Shown one piece after another: positions 28,181 through 37,273 of a DNA stretch of 64,000 nt (positions are counted from its first letter, which is position 1; the number at the start of each line of letters is the position of its first letter). The notes beneath the pieces are model-generated. The model worked only from the letters and a program-made list of their open reading frames with translations, searched no databases and was not told the origin of the DNA. Origin of the DNA: an uncultured Clostridia bacterium (lineage in GTDB: Bacteria > Bacillota > Clostridia > Oscillospirales > CAG-272); the NCBI GenBank assembly GCA_947628165.1, contig CANQYV010000001.1, forward strand, positions 12,314 through 76,313. Reading direction: 5' to 3'. The position numbers and the translations under genes are program-made.

Positions 28181-28260
28181 GTGCGATAATATGTGCGAAG
28201 TATCGCAATTATCGCACGGAGCTCACTCCCTAAAAAAATTTTTTAAATCCGTGCGATAAA
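28181..28260. promoter_or_regulatory. three copies of GTGCGATAA (one inverted) upstream of the ECF sigma gene
   Basis: GTGCGATAAT at 28181-28190, its exact complement ATTATCGCAC at 28208-28217, and GTGCGATAAA at 28251-28260. A nested TGCGA/TCGCA pair lies between the first two. Confidence 0.35.
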
Positions 28261-28303
28261 AACGCTTCTTTCTGCATTTCTTTATTGACAGGAGAATCGA
28301 GGC

Positions 28304-28885
28304 ATGCTTATCATATCCGGTTTAACCGTATCCGGGGCGCATGATCCGGAGGAGGACAAACAAACGCTTGACGACCTTATAGTCCGCACCGGAAAAGGCG
28401 ACCGCGAGGCTTTCGCGGAGCTCTACGGCAGGACGCGCGCGGCAGTCTACGCGATGGCGCTTTCTTATCTGAAAAACGCCGAGGACGCAGAGGACACAGC
28501 GCAGGACACATTTGTAAAGGTCCTGACTTCGTCAGGCACATATGTGCCCAAGGGAACGCCGATGGCGTGGATATTGACGATAACGCGCAATCTGTCTCTC
28601 ATGCGTATGCGGCGCCGTATGCGCGAGGGGGAGCTTTCGCCCGAGGAATGGGACGCCATCCCGGAGGACGCACCGCGCGTTACGTCGGAGGACAGACTCA
28701 TTCTCGGAGAGGCGATGCGCTCGCTGACTGACGAAGAGAGAAGAATAGTGCTTCTTCACGCGTCATCGGGCCTGAAGCACCGCGAGACGGCAAAGCTTCT
28801 GGAGCTGCCGCTCTCGACCGTCCTGTCAAAATACAACCGTGCGATAAAGAAGCTGCAGAGCGTCCTGAAAGGAGAGCTTGTATGA
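28304..28885 (+). CDS. ECF-type RNA polymerase sigma factor (sigma-70 family, group 4)
   Basis: Region 2 (AEDTAQDTFVKV) and region 4 HTH (LKHRETAKLLELPLSTVLSKYNRAIKKL). GGAG RBS. Confidence 0.85.
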   Translation: MLIISGLTVSGAHDPEEDKQTLDDLIVRTGKGDREAFAELYGRTRAAVYAMALSYLKNAEDAEDTAQDTFVKVLTSSGTYVPKGTPMAWILTITRNLSLMRMRRRMREGELSPEEWDAIPEDAPRVTSEDRLILGEAMRSLTDEERRIVLLHASSGLKHRETAKLLELPLSTVLSKYNRAIKKLQSVLKGELV

Positions 28886-30942
28886 ACGAAAACAGGATCA
28901 ACGAAATGCTCGACAGTGCGCTCAGTCACGCCGCACCCGACGACCTTGAAAATGTCTTTCTGCGTGCGGAAAAGGAAAAAGAGAAAGGGAGTGAGATTGA
29001 AGTGACGGAAACTAAGACAAAAAAGAAATTCGGTAAATGGCAGATATGGCAGCGCGTGCTCGTTGCCGCGTGCCTCGTGCTCGTCGTCATAGGCGGCGTC
29101 GGTGGGATTTTGCTCGGGCAGGCAAACGCCGTTGTGAGCGTTGTGTCACTCGACGTGAACCCGGGAATTGAGCTTTCGATAAACAGGGGCGAAAAGGTGA
29201 TCTCGTGCCGCGCCGTCAATGCGGACGCGGAAAAGCTGCTTTCCGATATGGGAGGCGGGCGCGATCTCGAAGGCGTTAAGCTCGACGTCGCGGTGAACGC
29301 GCTCGTCGGCGCGCTCGTAAGGGCCGGATATCTCAACGATATTTCCTCCGCAATCCTTGTATCCGTCGAGGACGACGACGAGACACGCGCTGCCCGCATA
29401 CAGCAGGAGCTTGTCGACTATATCGACGGGGCGCTCAAGGGCGAGTCTGGTCAGGCGTCGGTTTTCAGTCACAGCACGACCCGCTCCGAGGTCGAAGCGA
29501 TTGCTCGCGACAACAATATTTCAACGGGCAAGGCGACGCTCATAAACGAGATAATAAAGAACAACGGCATCACGGATGAGGACGCGTTTGAAAAGCTGTC
29601 GCTCCTGACTGTCAAGGAGCTCGTCGAGCTGAAGCGCACCGGCGACAGCCGCATACCGATAGGCTCAGAGCTTGCCGCATCCGCCGCAATAGAATATGCA
29701 GGCGCCGCAGGAAAGGGTGTCCTCACGGACGTTGACCCCGAGCTCGACGACGTCCCGCCGTGCTACGAGGTCGAGATAATCACCGACAACGGAAAATACG
29801 AATACACCGTCGACGCATATACGGGCGAGGTACTCACAGGCGCACGCGATATATTCGCATCCGCTCCGAAGGAGAAGCTCACCGAGGATGAGGCGCTCGC
29901 CGCGGCAAAGGCTCATATGACCGCCCGCTTCCCCGAACTGTCGGGCAGCACGCCCGAAGGCGTCGTCATAAGAACGGACGACAAGGACGGCGAATACGAG
30001 ATAGAGTTCGTTTGCGGTGGGTACAAATTCGAGTACGACATCGACATCTACACCGCATCCGTGCTCGACTGGGATGTTGAAAAGATAAATGCCGGAGGAA
30101 ACGGAAGCGCACAGTCCCCGAGCGAGACAACGGCGTCCCCGTCGTCTCCCGCGCCCGCGCCGTCCGCAGACATAGGGGAGGAGGCTGCGAAAGCGGCGGC
30201 ATTCTCTCACGCCGGAGTCAAAGAGGCGGATGTGACTTTACTGCGCGTCGTGCGCGATTACGACGACGGCAGGCTTGAATACGATGTGGAATTCCGCGTC
30301 GGGAACATCGAATACGAATACGAGATAGACGGGGAGACAGGGGCTGTCATTTCCTATGACCGCGAAACGGTCGGTCAGGCGGGAACAACTACGCCTCCCG
30401 CGACGAAACCCGAAACAGAGCCTCCCACGACAACGAAACCCGAAACTCAGCCTCCCACGACGACAAAGCCGACCGTCAGCGACATTGGCTCCGAAAGCGC
30501 AAAGGCCGCGGCGTTTGCCCACGCCGGAGTCGGAGAAAACGAGGTTTCAAATCTCAAGGTAGAGCGTGACTATGACGACGGCATACTTGAGTATGAGGTC
30601 GAATTCCGCGTCGGCAATGCAAAATACGAGTATAAGATAAACGGAAGCACAGGCGCCGTCATCTCTTATGAGGTCGAGGGGGATCATGATGACGACCACG
30701 ACCATAACAGCGCCGGCGGAAACGCGTCCGCGGACATCGGTGCCGAGAAGGCGAAGGCTGCCGCGTTCTCACACGCGGGCGTCAGCGAGGCTGACGTCAG
30801 AGCTCTCAAGGTAGAGCGGGAGGAAGAGCACGGAAGGATCGAATACGAGATAGAATTCCGCGTTGGCGCTTACGAATACGAGTACACGATAGACGGTGCG
30901 ACCGGCAAGGTACTCTCACACGAGAAGGACCACGACGACTGA
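28882..30942 (+). CDS. membrane-anchored putative anti-sigma factor with five PepSY-like repeats
   Basis: ATGA overlap with the sigma gene. A short cytoplasmic N-terminus and a single TM (VLVAACLVLVVIGGVGGILLG). Five repeats of the A.AAA..HAGV ... YE.EF ... YEYEID..TG.V type. TKPETxPPTT linker. Confidence 0.7.
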   Translation: MNENRINEMLDSALSHAAPDDLENVFLRAEKEKEKGSEIEVTETKTKKKFGKWQIWQRVLVAACLVLVVIGGVGGILLGQANAVVSVVSLDVNPGIELSINRGEKVISCRAVNADAEKLLSDMGGGRDLEGVKLDVAVNALVGALVRAGYLNDISSAILVSVEDDDETRAARIQQELVDYIDGALKGESGQASVFSHSTTRSEVEAIARDNNISTGKATLINEIIKNNGITDEDAFEKLSLLTVKELVELKRTGDSRIPIGSELAASAAIEYAGAAGKGVLTDVDPELDDVPPCYEVEIITDNGKYEYTVDAYTGEVLTGARDIFASAPKEKLTEDEALAAAKAHMTARFPELSGSTPEGVVIRTDDKDGEYEIEFVCGGYKFEYDIDIYTASVLDWDVEKINAGGNGSAQSPSETTASPSSPAPAPSADIGEEAAKAAAFSHAGVKEADVTLLRVVRDYDDGRLEYDVEFRVGNIEYEYEIDGETGAVISYDRETVGQAGTTTPPATKPETEPPTTTKPETQPPTTTKPTVSDIGSESAKAAAFAHAGVGENEVSNLKVERDYDDGILEYEVEFRVGNAKYEYKINGSTGAVISYEVEGDHDDDHDHNSAGGNASADIGAEKAKAAAFSHAGVSEADVRALKVEREEEHGRIEYEIEFRVGAYEYEYTIDGATGKVLSHEKDHDD

Positions 30943-30960
30943 CAATGCCGTATTTTAAAA

Positions 30961-30997
30961 ACGTGTCCGGGGCAAAAAATGCCTCGGGCACGTTTTT
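30961..30997 (+). terminator. intrinsic terminator
   Basis: 12-bp stem (acgtgtccgggg / cctcgggcacgt, two G-U pairs) followed by ttttt. Confidence 0.7.
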
Positions 30998-31123
30998 CTT
31001 TTGCAAAAGAGACGCGTTTTTTTGTCAAAACCGTGACGCAGTACATAGACTGATAAGGAAAGTCGGCGGGGAAAACGAAAAAAGGCTCCGCACTTTTAAT
31101 TCTTATAGGGCACGGTATTTGCA

Positions 31124-32209
31124 ATGGAGCTCCATCATGCGATAAATCGGCGCGGCGCGCGCGGTTTCTTTGCGTCCGCAAACTCGTCGGCGGGGTTTTA
31201 CTCTCTGTTCGGTGAAGTGTTCAGTGAGGAAAAACTGAGATCTCTTTACATACTTAAGGGCGGCCCCGGAACGGGGAAAAGCACGCTCCTTGACACGTTG
31301 TCGGGCAGAGCGGAGGGTGAGGGGTACGGCTTTGAAGCGCTTCTTTGTTCCTCAGACCCTGCGTCTCTTGACGGCATAGTTATAGACGGTATAGGCGTGG
31401 CGGTGCTTGACGGAACGGCGCCTCATTCGCAGGAGCCGCACTATCCGGGGGTTTGCGGCGAGATAGTAAATCTCGGCGAGCTTTGGGACGGGGAAGAGCT
31501 TCGCCGCCGCCGTCGCGAGACCGAGGAGTATTTTCAGATAAAAAGTGAGGCATATGCGCGCGCGTACAGGCTGCTCCATGCGGCGGGGATCGCGGAGGAT
31601 GATGTTATCCGCGTGTACGAGCGCGCAGCAGATATGCCTAAGCTCGAAGCGGCTGTAAGACGGCTTTTGAAGCAGCGCGTAGGAAAAGGAGACGGAAGAA
31701 GAGGGACTGTCGTTCGCAGATTTATTACGGCATATTCCGTCGGCGGGTGCGTCCGTCTTAAAACGCTTGACGAAATGGCGGAGGTGACGGTGACCGTGAA
31801 CGGCAGCCACGGTTTCGGACGGATATATATGAACGCGCTTTATGACGCCGCGCGCTTGCAGGACATATCTATGACGGCGGCGCCCGACGCGCTGCTCCCC
31901 GAATATTACGAGGCAATATTTTTCCCGACTTCAAAGGTGCTCGTAAAGCTCGCGGACGGCGACGAATATGACCGCGGCGACGTCAGGGTGAACTGCGGAA
32001 GGTTCGTCCGTGCCGACGCGATAAGGCACGAGCGTTCAAAGCTCCGCTTTTCGGAAAAGGCCGCCGCAGGTCTATGCGAGGAGGCGCTCATATCTTTGGC
32101 GGAGGCGGGAAAAACGCACGCGGAGATAGAGAAGATATACAAAAGCGCAATGGATTTCGACGGCGTGACGCGCGCAGCACAGCTTCTCGAAAAGAAGATA
32201 TTCGGATAA
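31124..32209 (+). CDS. conserved uncharacterised P-loop NTPase (resembles the PRK06851-type family as I recall it)
   Basis: ILKGGPGTGKSTLL Walker A, then SSDPASLDGIVI and LDGTAPH segments. No clear RBS at ATG 31124, so the start is uncertain. Confidence 0.6.
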   Translation: MELHHAINRRGARGFFASANSSAGFYSLFGEVFSEEKLRSLYILKGGPGTGKSTLLDTLSGRAEGEGYGFEALLCSSDPASLDGIVIDGIGVAVLDGTAPHSQEPHYPGVCGEIVNLGELWDGEELRRRRRETEEYFQIKSEAYARAYRLLHAAGIAEDDVIRVYERAADMPKLEAAVRRLLKQRVGKGDGRRGTVVRRFITAYSVGGCVRLKTLDEMAEVTVTVNGSHGFGRIYMNALYDAARLQDISMTAAPDALLPEYYEAIFFPTSKVLVKLADGDEYDRGDVRVNCGRFVRADAIRHERSKLRFSEKAAAGLCEEALISLAEAGKTHAEIEKIYKSAMDFDGVTRAAQLLEKKIFG

Positions 32210-32229
32210 AAACCGCACAAATGAAAAAA

Positions 32230-32271
32230 CGGAGCCGAGGCAGATTTTTCTGTCCCGGCTCCGATTTTTTT
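32230..32271 (+). terminator. intrinsic terminator
   Basis: Stem cggagccg / cggctccg followed by attttttt. Confidence 0.7.
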
Positions 32272-32400
32272 ATTCTTAAAATGTGATTTTAATAAAACTC
32301 AAACAAAATTCAAACTATCCGCAAACAAAAGAGCGATAAAATACATCCGTCAAGCGGGGAAAAGAGTTCCCGCCTGAAATAAAATTCGGAGGTATTTTCC

Positions 32401-32769
32401 ATGAAGAAGAAAAATTTTGTGACACTCATCATGTGTGTTGTCGGCGGCATTCTCTTTGCCCTCGGCATGTGCATGGCACTGCTCCCGGAATGGGACGCAA
32501 TGACGCCCGGCATCGTCGTTGGTGCTGTCGGCGCGGCGGTCCTTTTGGCGACCGTGATCGTTCGCAGGAAAATGGACGGGAAGCGTGCGGTGGTTTTTAA
32601 CGGCAAGACCGTCGGCACGGTGCTTTTCGGCATTCTCGGCGCCGTCGTCTTCGGCGTCGGAATGTGCCTTGTCATGGTTTGGGACATGATGATACCGGGC
32701 ATTGCCGTCGGCATTGTCGGCATAGTCCTCTTGCTTTGCCTCATCCCGCTTTGCAAAGGTTTGAAATAA
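32401..32769 (+). CDS. small membrane protein made of two tandem 'GMC...PGIxVG' helical hairpins
   Basis: GGAGG RBS. Internal duplication: GGILFALGMCMALLPEWDAMTPGIVVGAVG and LGAVVFGVGMCLVMVWDMMIPGIAVGIVG. Confidence 0.55.
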   Translation: MKKKNFVTLIMCVVGGILFALGMCMALLPEWDAMTPGIVVGAVGAAVLLATVIVRRKMDGKRAVVFNGKTVGTVLFGILGAVVFGVGMCLVMVWDMMIPGIAVGIVGIVLLLCLIPLCKGLK

Positions 32770-32882
32770 CAGCCGAAAAAATTTTGCGTCGCGCCGAAAC
32801 GGAAACAAAACTTTAACATTTATGTGGTATGATAAATATGGTATGATATATATCATTGAGAACAACGACGGAGGGGCGCGCT

Positions 32883-33554
32883 GTGTTCAGGATATTGGTC
32901 GTAGAGGACGACAGGGACTTAAACCGCACCGTATGCTCTTTTTTAAACGGCAGCGGTTATGAGGCGGTGGGCTGCCTCGACGCGAACGGCGCGTATGACG
33001 CCATGTACGGAAACACGTTTGACATCATCGTGTCCGATATTATGATGCCCGATGTCGACGGTTTTGAGTTTGCGAAGGCTGTGCGTCTTTTAAACGAGAA
33101 TATCCCGATACTGTTCATGACGGCACGGGACGACCTCGCTTCAAAGCAAAAGGGCTACCGCATCGGGATAGACGACTACATGGTAAAGCCCGTCGACCTT
33201 GACGAGCTGCTTTTGCGGATAGGGGCGCTTTTGCGTCGGGCGAAGATCGCAGCGTCTCACAGGCTGGAGATCGGCAAGCTCAGGCTCGATGCGGACGAAC
33301 GGACCGCGGTTTATGACGGCGAGGAGATCCCGCTTACGACAAGGGAGTTCAATATAATATATAAGCTCCTTTCCTATCCCGGCAAGACTTTCACCCGCAC
33401 CCAGCTTATGGACGAGTTTTGGGACGCCGACACGAACACGGCACCGCGGGCGGTCGACGTCTATATGACGAAGCTGCGCGGAAAATTCGACTGCTGCGGC
33501 GAGTTTGAGATCAGGACCGTTCACGGTCTCGGCTACAAGGCGGTGATATTGTGA
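32883..33554 (+). CDS. OmpR-family response regulator
   Basis: GTG 32883 follows a GGAGGGG RBS (VFRILVVEDD). MMPDVDGFEF segment and a wHTH ending in HGLGYKAV. Confidence 0.9.
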   Translation: MFRILVVEDDRDLNRTVCSFLNGSGYEAVGCLDANGAYDAMYGNTFDIIVSDIMMPDVDGFEFAKAVRLLNENIPILFMTARDDLASKQKGYRIGIDDYMVKPVDLDELLLRIGALLRRAKIAASHRLEIGKLRLDADERTAVYDGEEIPLTTREFNIIYKLLSYPGKTFTRTQLMDEFWDADTNTAPRAVDVYMTKLRGKFDCCGEFEIRTVHGLGYKAVIL

Positions 33555-34651
33555 AAGAGAGCTCAAAATTCGGACGGTTTCTGTTCTCCTTGAGAAGCTA
33601 TGCCGCGTTTTTCCTGTTGATGTCCTTTGTCATAACCTGCTGCATGCTGCTGTTTTTGAATACGCTCGGTCATTCGATGGAGATAACATATACAGAGCGC
33701 GGGATACGTTTCGCGGCCGTTCTGACATTTGTAAACGTCATCTTCCTCAGCCTTTTATGCACCGTTATCGACGGCGTGCGCCGCCGGTTTACTGTGGAAC
33801 GCCCCGTGCGGCGCATCGTTGAGGGCGCGGAAAAAATCATGAATGGGGATTTCTCGGCGCGCATCGAGCCGTATCGCGGGATAGACAGCGAGTCGGGCTT
33901 TGACACCGTCATAGACTGCTTCAACCGAATGGCGAAGGAGCTTTCCGGTGTGGAAACACTGCGGACGGATTTCATTGCCGACGTGTCCCATGAGCTGAAA
34001 ACGCCGCTCTCCGTCATACAGAATTACGGGATCATGCTCCAAAGTCCCAATCTGACGGAAGAGGCGCGGATTGAATACGCAAAGGCGATCACCGAGCAGT
34101 CGCGCCGCTTGGCGGACCTCATTACGAATATTTTAAAGCTGAACCGGCTGGAAAATCAGCAGATCTATCCCGCCGCAAAACGGTACGACCTCGGTGAGCA
34201 GCTTGCCGGGTGCCTCTTGAATTTTGAGGACACCTGGGAGAAAAAGAATATCGACATCGAAACGGATATCGAGGAAGGCGTTATCGTTCAATCGGACGAT
34301 GAGCTTTTGTCCCTCGTCTGGAACAATTTGTTTTCCAATGCTTTGAAATTTACGGACGACGGTGGAAAAGTGTCGGTGACGCTGAAGACCGAAGGTGACT
34401 TTGCAACCGTCCGAGTTTCGGACACAGGCTGCGGAATATCAAAAACGACAGGTAAACATATTTTTGAAAAGTTCTATCAGGGCGACACATCTCACAAAAC
34501 GCAGGGCAACGGCCTTGGGCTGGCGCTTGTGAAACGGGTGGTTGATATCGTAGGCGGCGACATTTCCGTTGAGAGCGAGGTCGGTGTCGGAAGTACGTTT
34601 ACCGTAAAGATCCGGAGGGAGGCGGATGGAGACATTCAAAAAGATTTTTAA
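33551..34651 (+). CDS. sensor histidine kinase (2 TM, HAMP, HisKA, HATPase)
   Basis: H-box DVSHELKTPLS, N-box WNNLFSNALKF, and DTGCGI ... GNGLGLALV. Confidence 0.9.
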   Translation: MKESSKFGRFLFSLRSYAAFFLLMSFVITCCMLLFLNTLGHSMEITYTERGIRFAAVLTFVNVIFLSLLCTVIDGVRRRFTVERPVRRIVEGAEKIMNGDFSARIEPYRGIDSESGFDTVIDCFNRMAKELSGVETLRTDFIADVSHELKTPLSVIQNYGIMLQSPNLTEEARIEYAKAITEQSRRLADLITNILKLNRLENQQIYPAAKRYDLGEQLAGCLLNFEDTWEKKNIDIETDIEEGVIVQSDDELLSLVWNNLFSNALKFTDDGGKVSVTLKTEGDFATVRVSDTGCGISKTTGKHIFEKFYQGDTSHKTQGNGLGLALVKRVVDIVGGDISVESEVGVGSTFTVKIRREADGDIQKDF

Positions 34652-35543
34652 AAAAATATTTTGCCTGCCGCCGCTTTTGACGGTCCTGCTTGCCGCCGTC
34701 GGATACGGTGGCGTTATAGCCGTGTTTGCGCTCGATATAGAGGCTCCGGTGCTGCGATACGCTTCGTTTTCGGCTTCCGCATACGCGCTCGTCATTACGG
34801 TAACGGGACTGCCCCGGCTGACACGCTTTTTGAAGCACAGCAAAATAAAGGCGCTTGAAAGTTCGATCGTGCAAAAGCTCACATCAACTACGGCCTTCAG
34901 CAAGTATCTCAACGATATCCATTATCGTAATAAAATCACGCTTTCGGCGGGACTCGCAATAAATCTTGCATACATAATCATAAAGCTGTCCGCCGGTATC
35001 GTTTACCGCTCCGCGTGGTTCATTTCGCTTGCGGTGTACTATATTTTGCTTGCGTTTATGCGGGCGTCTCTGCTGCGGTTCAAAAAAACGAACGAGGAGG
35101 CGGCAGAACTGCGCCGCTATCGTTCGTGCGGGATCACCTTGCTTATTATGAATCAGGCGCTTGCCGGAATCGTAATATTTATGGTACGCCAAAACAGAGG
35201 TTTTCGTTATCCGGGAGTTCTTATATATGCGATGGCATTATATTCGTTTTACGCCGTCATTACGGCTGCCGTCAGCATCGTAAAAACGCGCCGACGCAAC
35301 AGCCCGATCTTGTCGGCGGCGAAAGCCGTCAGCTTTGTGGCGGCGCTCGTTTCAATACTGTCGCTTACGACAGCGATGCTCGCGCAGTTCGGCGGAGACG
35401 ACGACTTCGTGTTCCGCAGAAACATGACGGGAGCCGTTGGAGGCGGCGTCTGCACTGTTGTGATATGTATGGCGATATATATGATATGTCGAGCGAATGC
35501 AAATCTTAAAAAAATCGGAGGAATAAAAGATGGAAGAGAATAA
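34626..35543 (+). CDS. hypothetical polytopic membrane protein (305 aa)
   Basis: GGAGGGAGG RBS. It overlaps the kinase gene by 26 nt. It has six or more hydrophobic helices and no family motif I recognise. Confidence 0.55.
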   Translation: METFKKIFKKIFCLPPLLTVLLAAVGYGGVIAVFALDIEAPVLRYASFSASAYALVITVTGLPRLTRFLKHSKIKALESSIVQKLTSTTAFSKYLNDIHYRNKITLSAGLAINLAYIIIKLSAGIVYRSAWFISLAVYYILLAFMRASLLRFKKTNEEAAELRRYRSCGITLLIMNQALAGIVIFMVRQNRGFRYPGVLIYAMALYSFYAVITAAVSIVKTRRRNSPILSAAKAVSFVAALVSILSLTTAMLAQFGGDDDFVFRRNMTGAVGGGVCTVVICMAIYMICRANANLKKIGGIKDGRE

Positions 35544-35931
35544 ATCGAATGAAGAAAAAAACGAGGCGTTTACCTATACTTATTCCGCAAGGGAGCAGGA
35601 GGAGATAAAGAGAATACGGGACAAATATGTCGCGCCGAGCAAAGAGGAGAGCACGATCGAGCGGCTTCGCCGTCTTGACGCGTCCGCTGCAAGGGGAGCG
35701 ACTGTTGTTTCGCTCATCGTGGGAATTGTCGGGGCGCTTTTATTGGGTGTCGGGATGTGCTGCGCGATGGTCCCTGGGTGGGAAGCATATTTCGCCCCGG
35801 GGATCGCGGTCGGCATTATAGGTATTTTGTGCATTATCGCCGCATATCCGATATACGCCCGCATGATAAGGCGCAAAAGGGAGAAGCTCGCGCCTGAGAT
35901 AATGCGGCTGACTGACGAGCTGATGAAATAA
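35530..35931 (+). CDS. small protein: charged N-terminal domain plus one 'GMC...PGIxVG' membrane hairpin
   Basis: GGAGG RBS and a 14-nt overlap with the previous gene. VGALLLGVGMCCAMVPGWEAYFAPGIAVGIIG is paralogous to the repeats of 32401-32769. Confidence 0.55.
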   Translation: MEENKSNEEKNEAFTYTYSAREQEEIKRIRDKYVAPSKEESTIERLRRLDASAARGATVVSLIVGIVGALLLGVGMCCAMVPGWEAYFAPGIAVGIIGILCIIAAYPIYARMIRRKREKLAPEIMRLTDELMK

Positions 35932-35996
35932 AAATCGACAAAAAGGTAGACATGCTTTTTTCATGTCTCCCGATTATTTTTGCCGTCGCGGTCTTT

Positions 35997-37091
35997 TCAG
36001 ACGTTGAACCTGAACAGAACGACGTCTCCGTCCTGCATAACATAGTCTTTGCCCTCGCTGCGGACGAGACCGCGTTCCTTTGCGGTGTTCATGCTTCCGC
36101 ATTCGTGCAGCGCGTCGTAGGACACGATCTCGGCGCGGATGAAGCCGCGCTCGAAGTCGCTGTGGATCTTTCCCGCCGCCTGCGGCGCCTTTGTTCCGAG
36201 CGGTATCGTCCATGCGCGGACCTCTTTCGGACCTGCCGTCAGATAGCTGATAAGCCCAAGGAGGGAATAGCTCTTTTTAATGAGCCTGTCAAGCCCGCGC
36301 TCTTCAAGCCCGAGGTCGGAAAGGAACATGTCCCTGTCTTCTTTGTCGAGCCCCGCTATCTCCGCCTCGATCTCCGCGCATATCGGGATTATTTCCGAAT
36401 GCTCAACGCTTGCGAACTCACGGAGCTTTTTGTAGCCCTCAAGGTTTTCATATGAGCCGTCAAGGGACGCCTCGTCGATATTGGCGGCGTATATGACCGG
36501 TTTTGACGTCAGGAGCGCTATCTCGGAGATAATGGCGCGCTCGTCGTCGTTCATCTCGACGGAGCGGACGGTTTTGCCCTCGGAGAGCGCCTCGCGGACG
36601 CGTTCGAGAAAGGCGACCTCTGCCTCGAGTGATTTGTTTCCTTTCGCGAGCTTGCGCGAGCGGTCGAGCCTGTGGTCGAGCGTCTCTATATCCGAAAGAA
36701 TGAGCTCGAGATTTATAGTTTCAAGGTCGCGCATCGGGTCGACGGAGCCTTCAACGTGGATTATGTCGTCGTTTACAAAACAGCGGACGACGTGTATTAT
36801 CGCGTCGCATTCGCGGATGTGAGAGAGAAATTTATTGCCGAGGCCCTCTCCCTTCGAGGCGCCCCTCACAAGACCGGCGATATCGACAAACTCGATCGTC
36901 GCGGGCGTGTAGAGCTTGGGCTCATAGAGCTCGGCGAGCCAGTCGAGGCGTTCGTCGGGAACGGGGACGACGCCGACGTTTGGTTCTATCGTGCAGAAGG
37001 GATAATTTGCCGATTCCGCGCCTGCCGATGTAAGTGCGTTGAAAAGTGTGCTTTTGCCAACGTTTGGAAGACCGACTATTCCGAGTTTCAT
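35997..37091 (-). CDS. ychF: redox-regulated ATPase YchF
   Basis: MKLGIVGLPNVGKSTLFNALT, the TGS-like C-terminus, and the canonical 364-aa length. Confidence 0.95.
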   Translation of the reverse strand: MKLGIVGLPNVGKSTLFNALTSAGAESANYPFCTIEPNVGVVPVPDERLDWLAELYEPKLYTPATIEFVDIAGLVRGASKGEGLGNKFLSHIRECDAIIHVVRCFVNDDIIHVEGSVDPMRDLETINLELILSDIETLDHRLDRSRKLAKGNKSLEAEVAFLERVREALSEGKTVRSVEMNDDERAIISEIALLTSKPVIYAANIDEASLDGSYENLEGYKKLREFASVEHSEIIPICAEIEAEIAGLDKEDRDMFLSDLGLEERGLDRLIKKSYSLLGLISYLTAGPKEVRAWTIPLGTKAPQAAGKIHSDFERGFIRAEIVSYDALHECGSMNTAKERGLVRSEGKDYVMQDGDVVLFRFNV

Positions 37092-37200
37092 TTAATAAAA
37101 TACCTGACCTTACTTTTTTCGTCCTACATATTATAATTGAAAAATACCGTATCCGCAACCCCCGAACGAGAAATTCACGAAAAACTCAGCAAAAAGTGTG

Positions 37201-37229
37201 TTTACACATCACATATCCCGTGATATAAT
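37201..37229 (+). promoter_or_regulatory. candidate sigma-A promoter of the downstream two-component operon
   Basis: TTTACA, 17 nt, TATAAT. Confidence 0.5.
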
Positions 37230-37273
37230 TGATTTGAAGAGGATATCCTTTGCCAAAGGGGGACAGGCTATTT

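Noticed and set aside
30160-30900. Periodic ~200-nt repeats and a 27-nt tandem repeat (30400-30480), considered as a possible CRISPR-like or satellite array.
   Set aside because: They lie inside one continuous reading frame. They encode PepSY-like modules and a TKPETxPPTT linker. There is no repeat-spacer structure.
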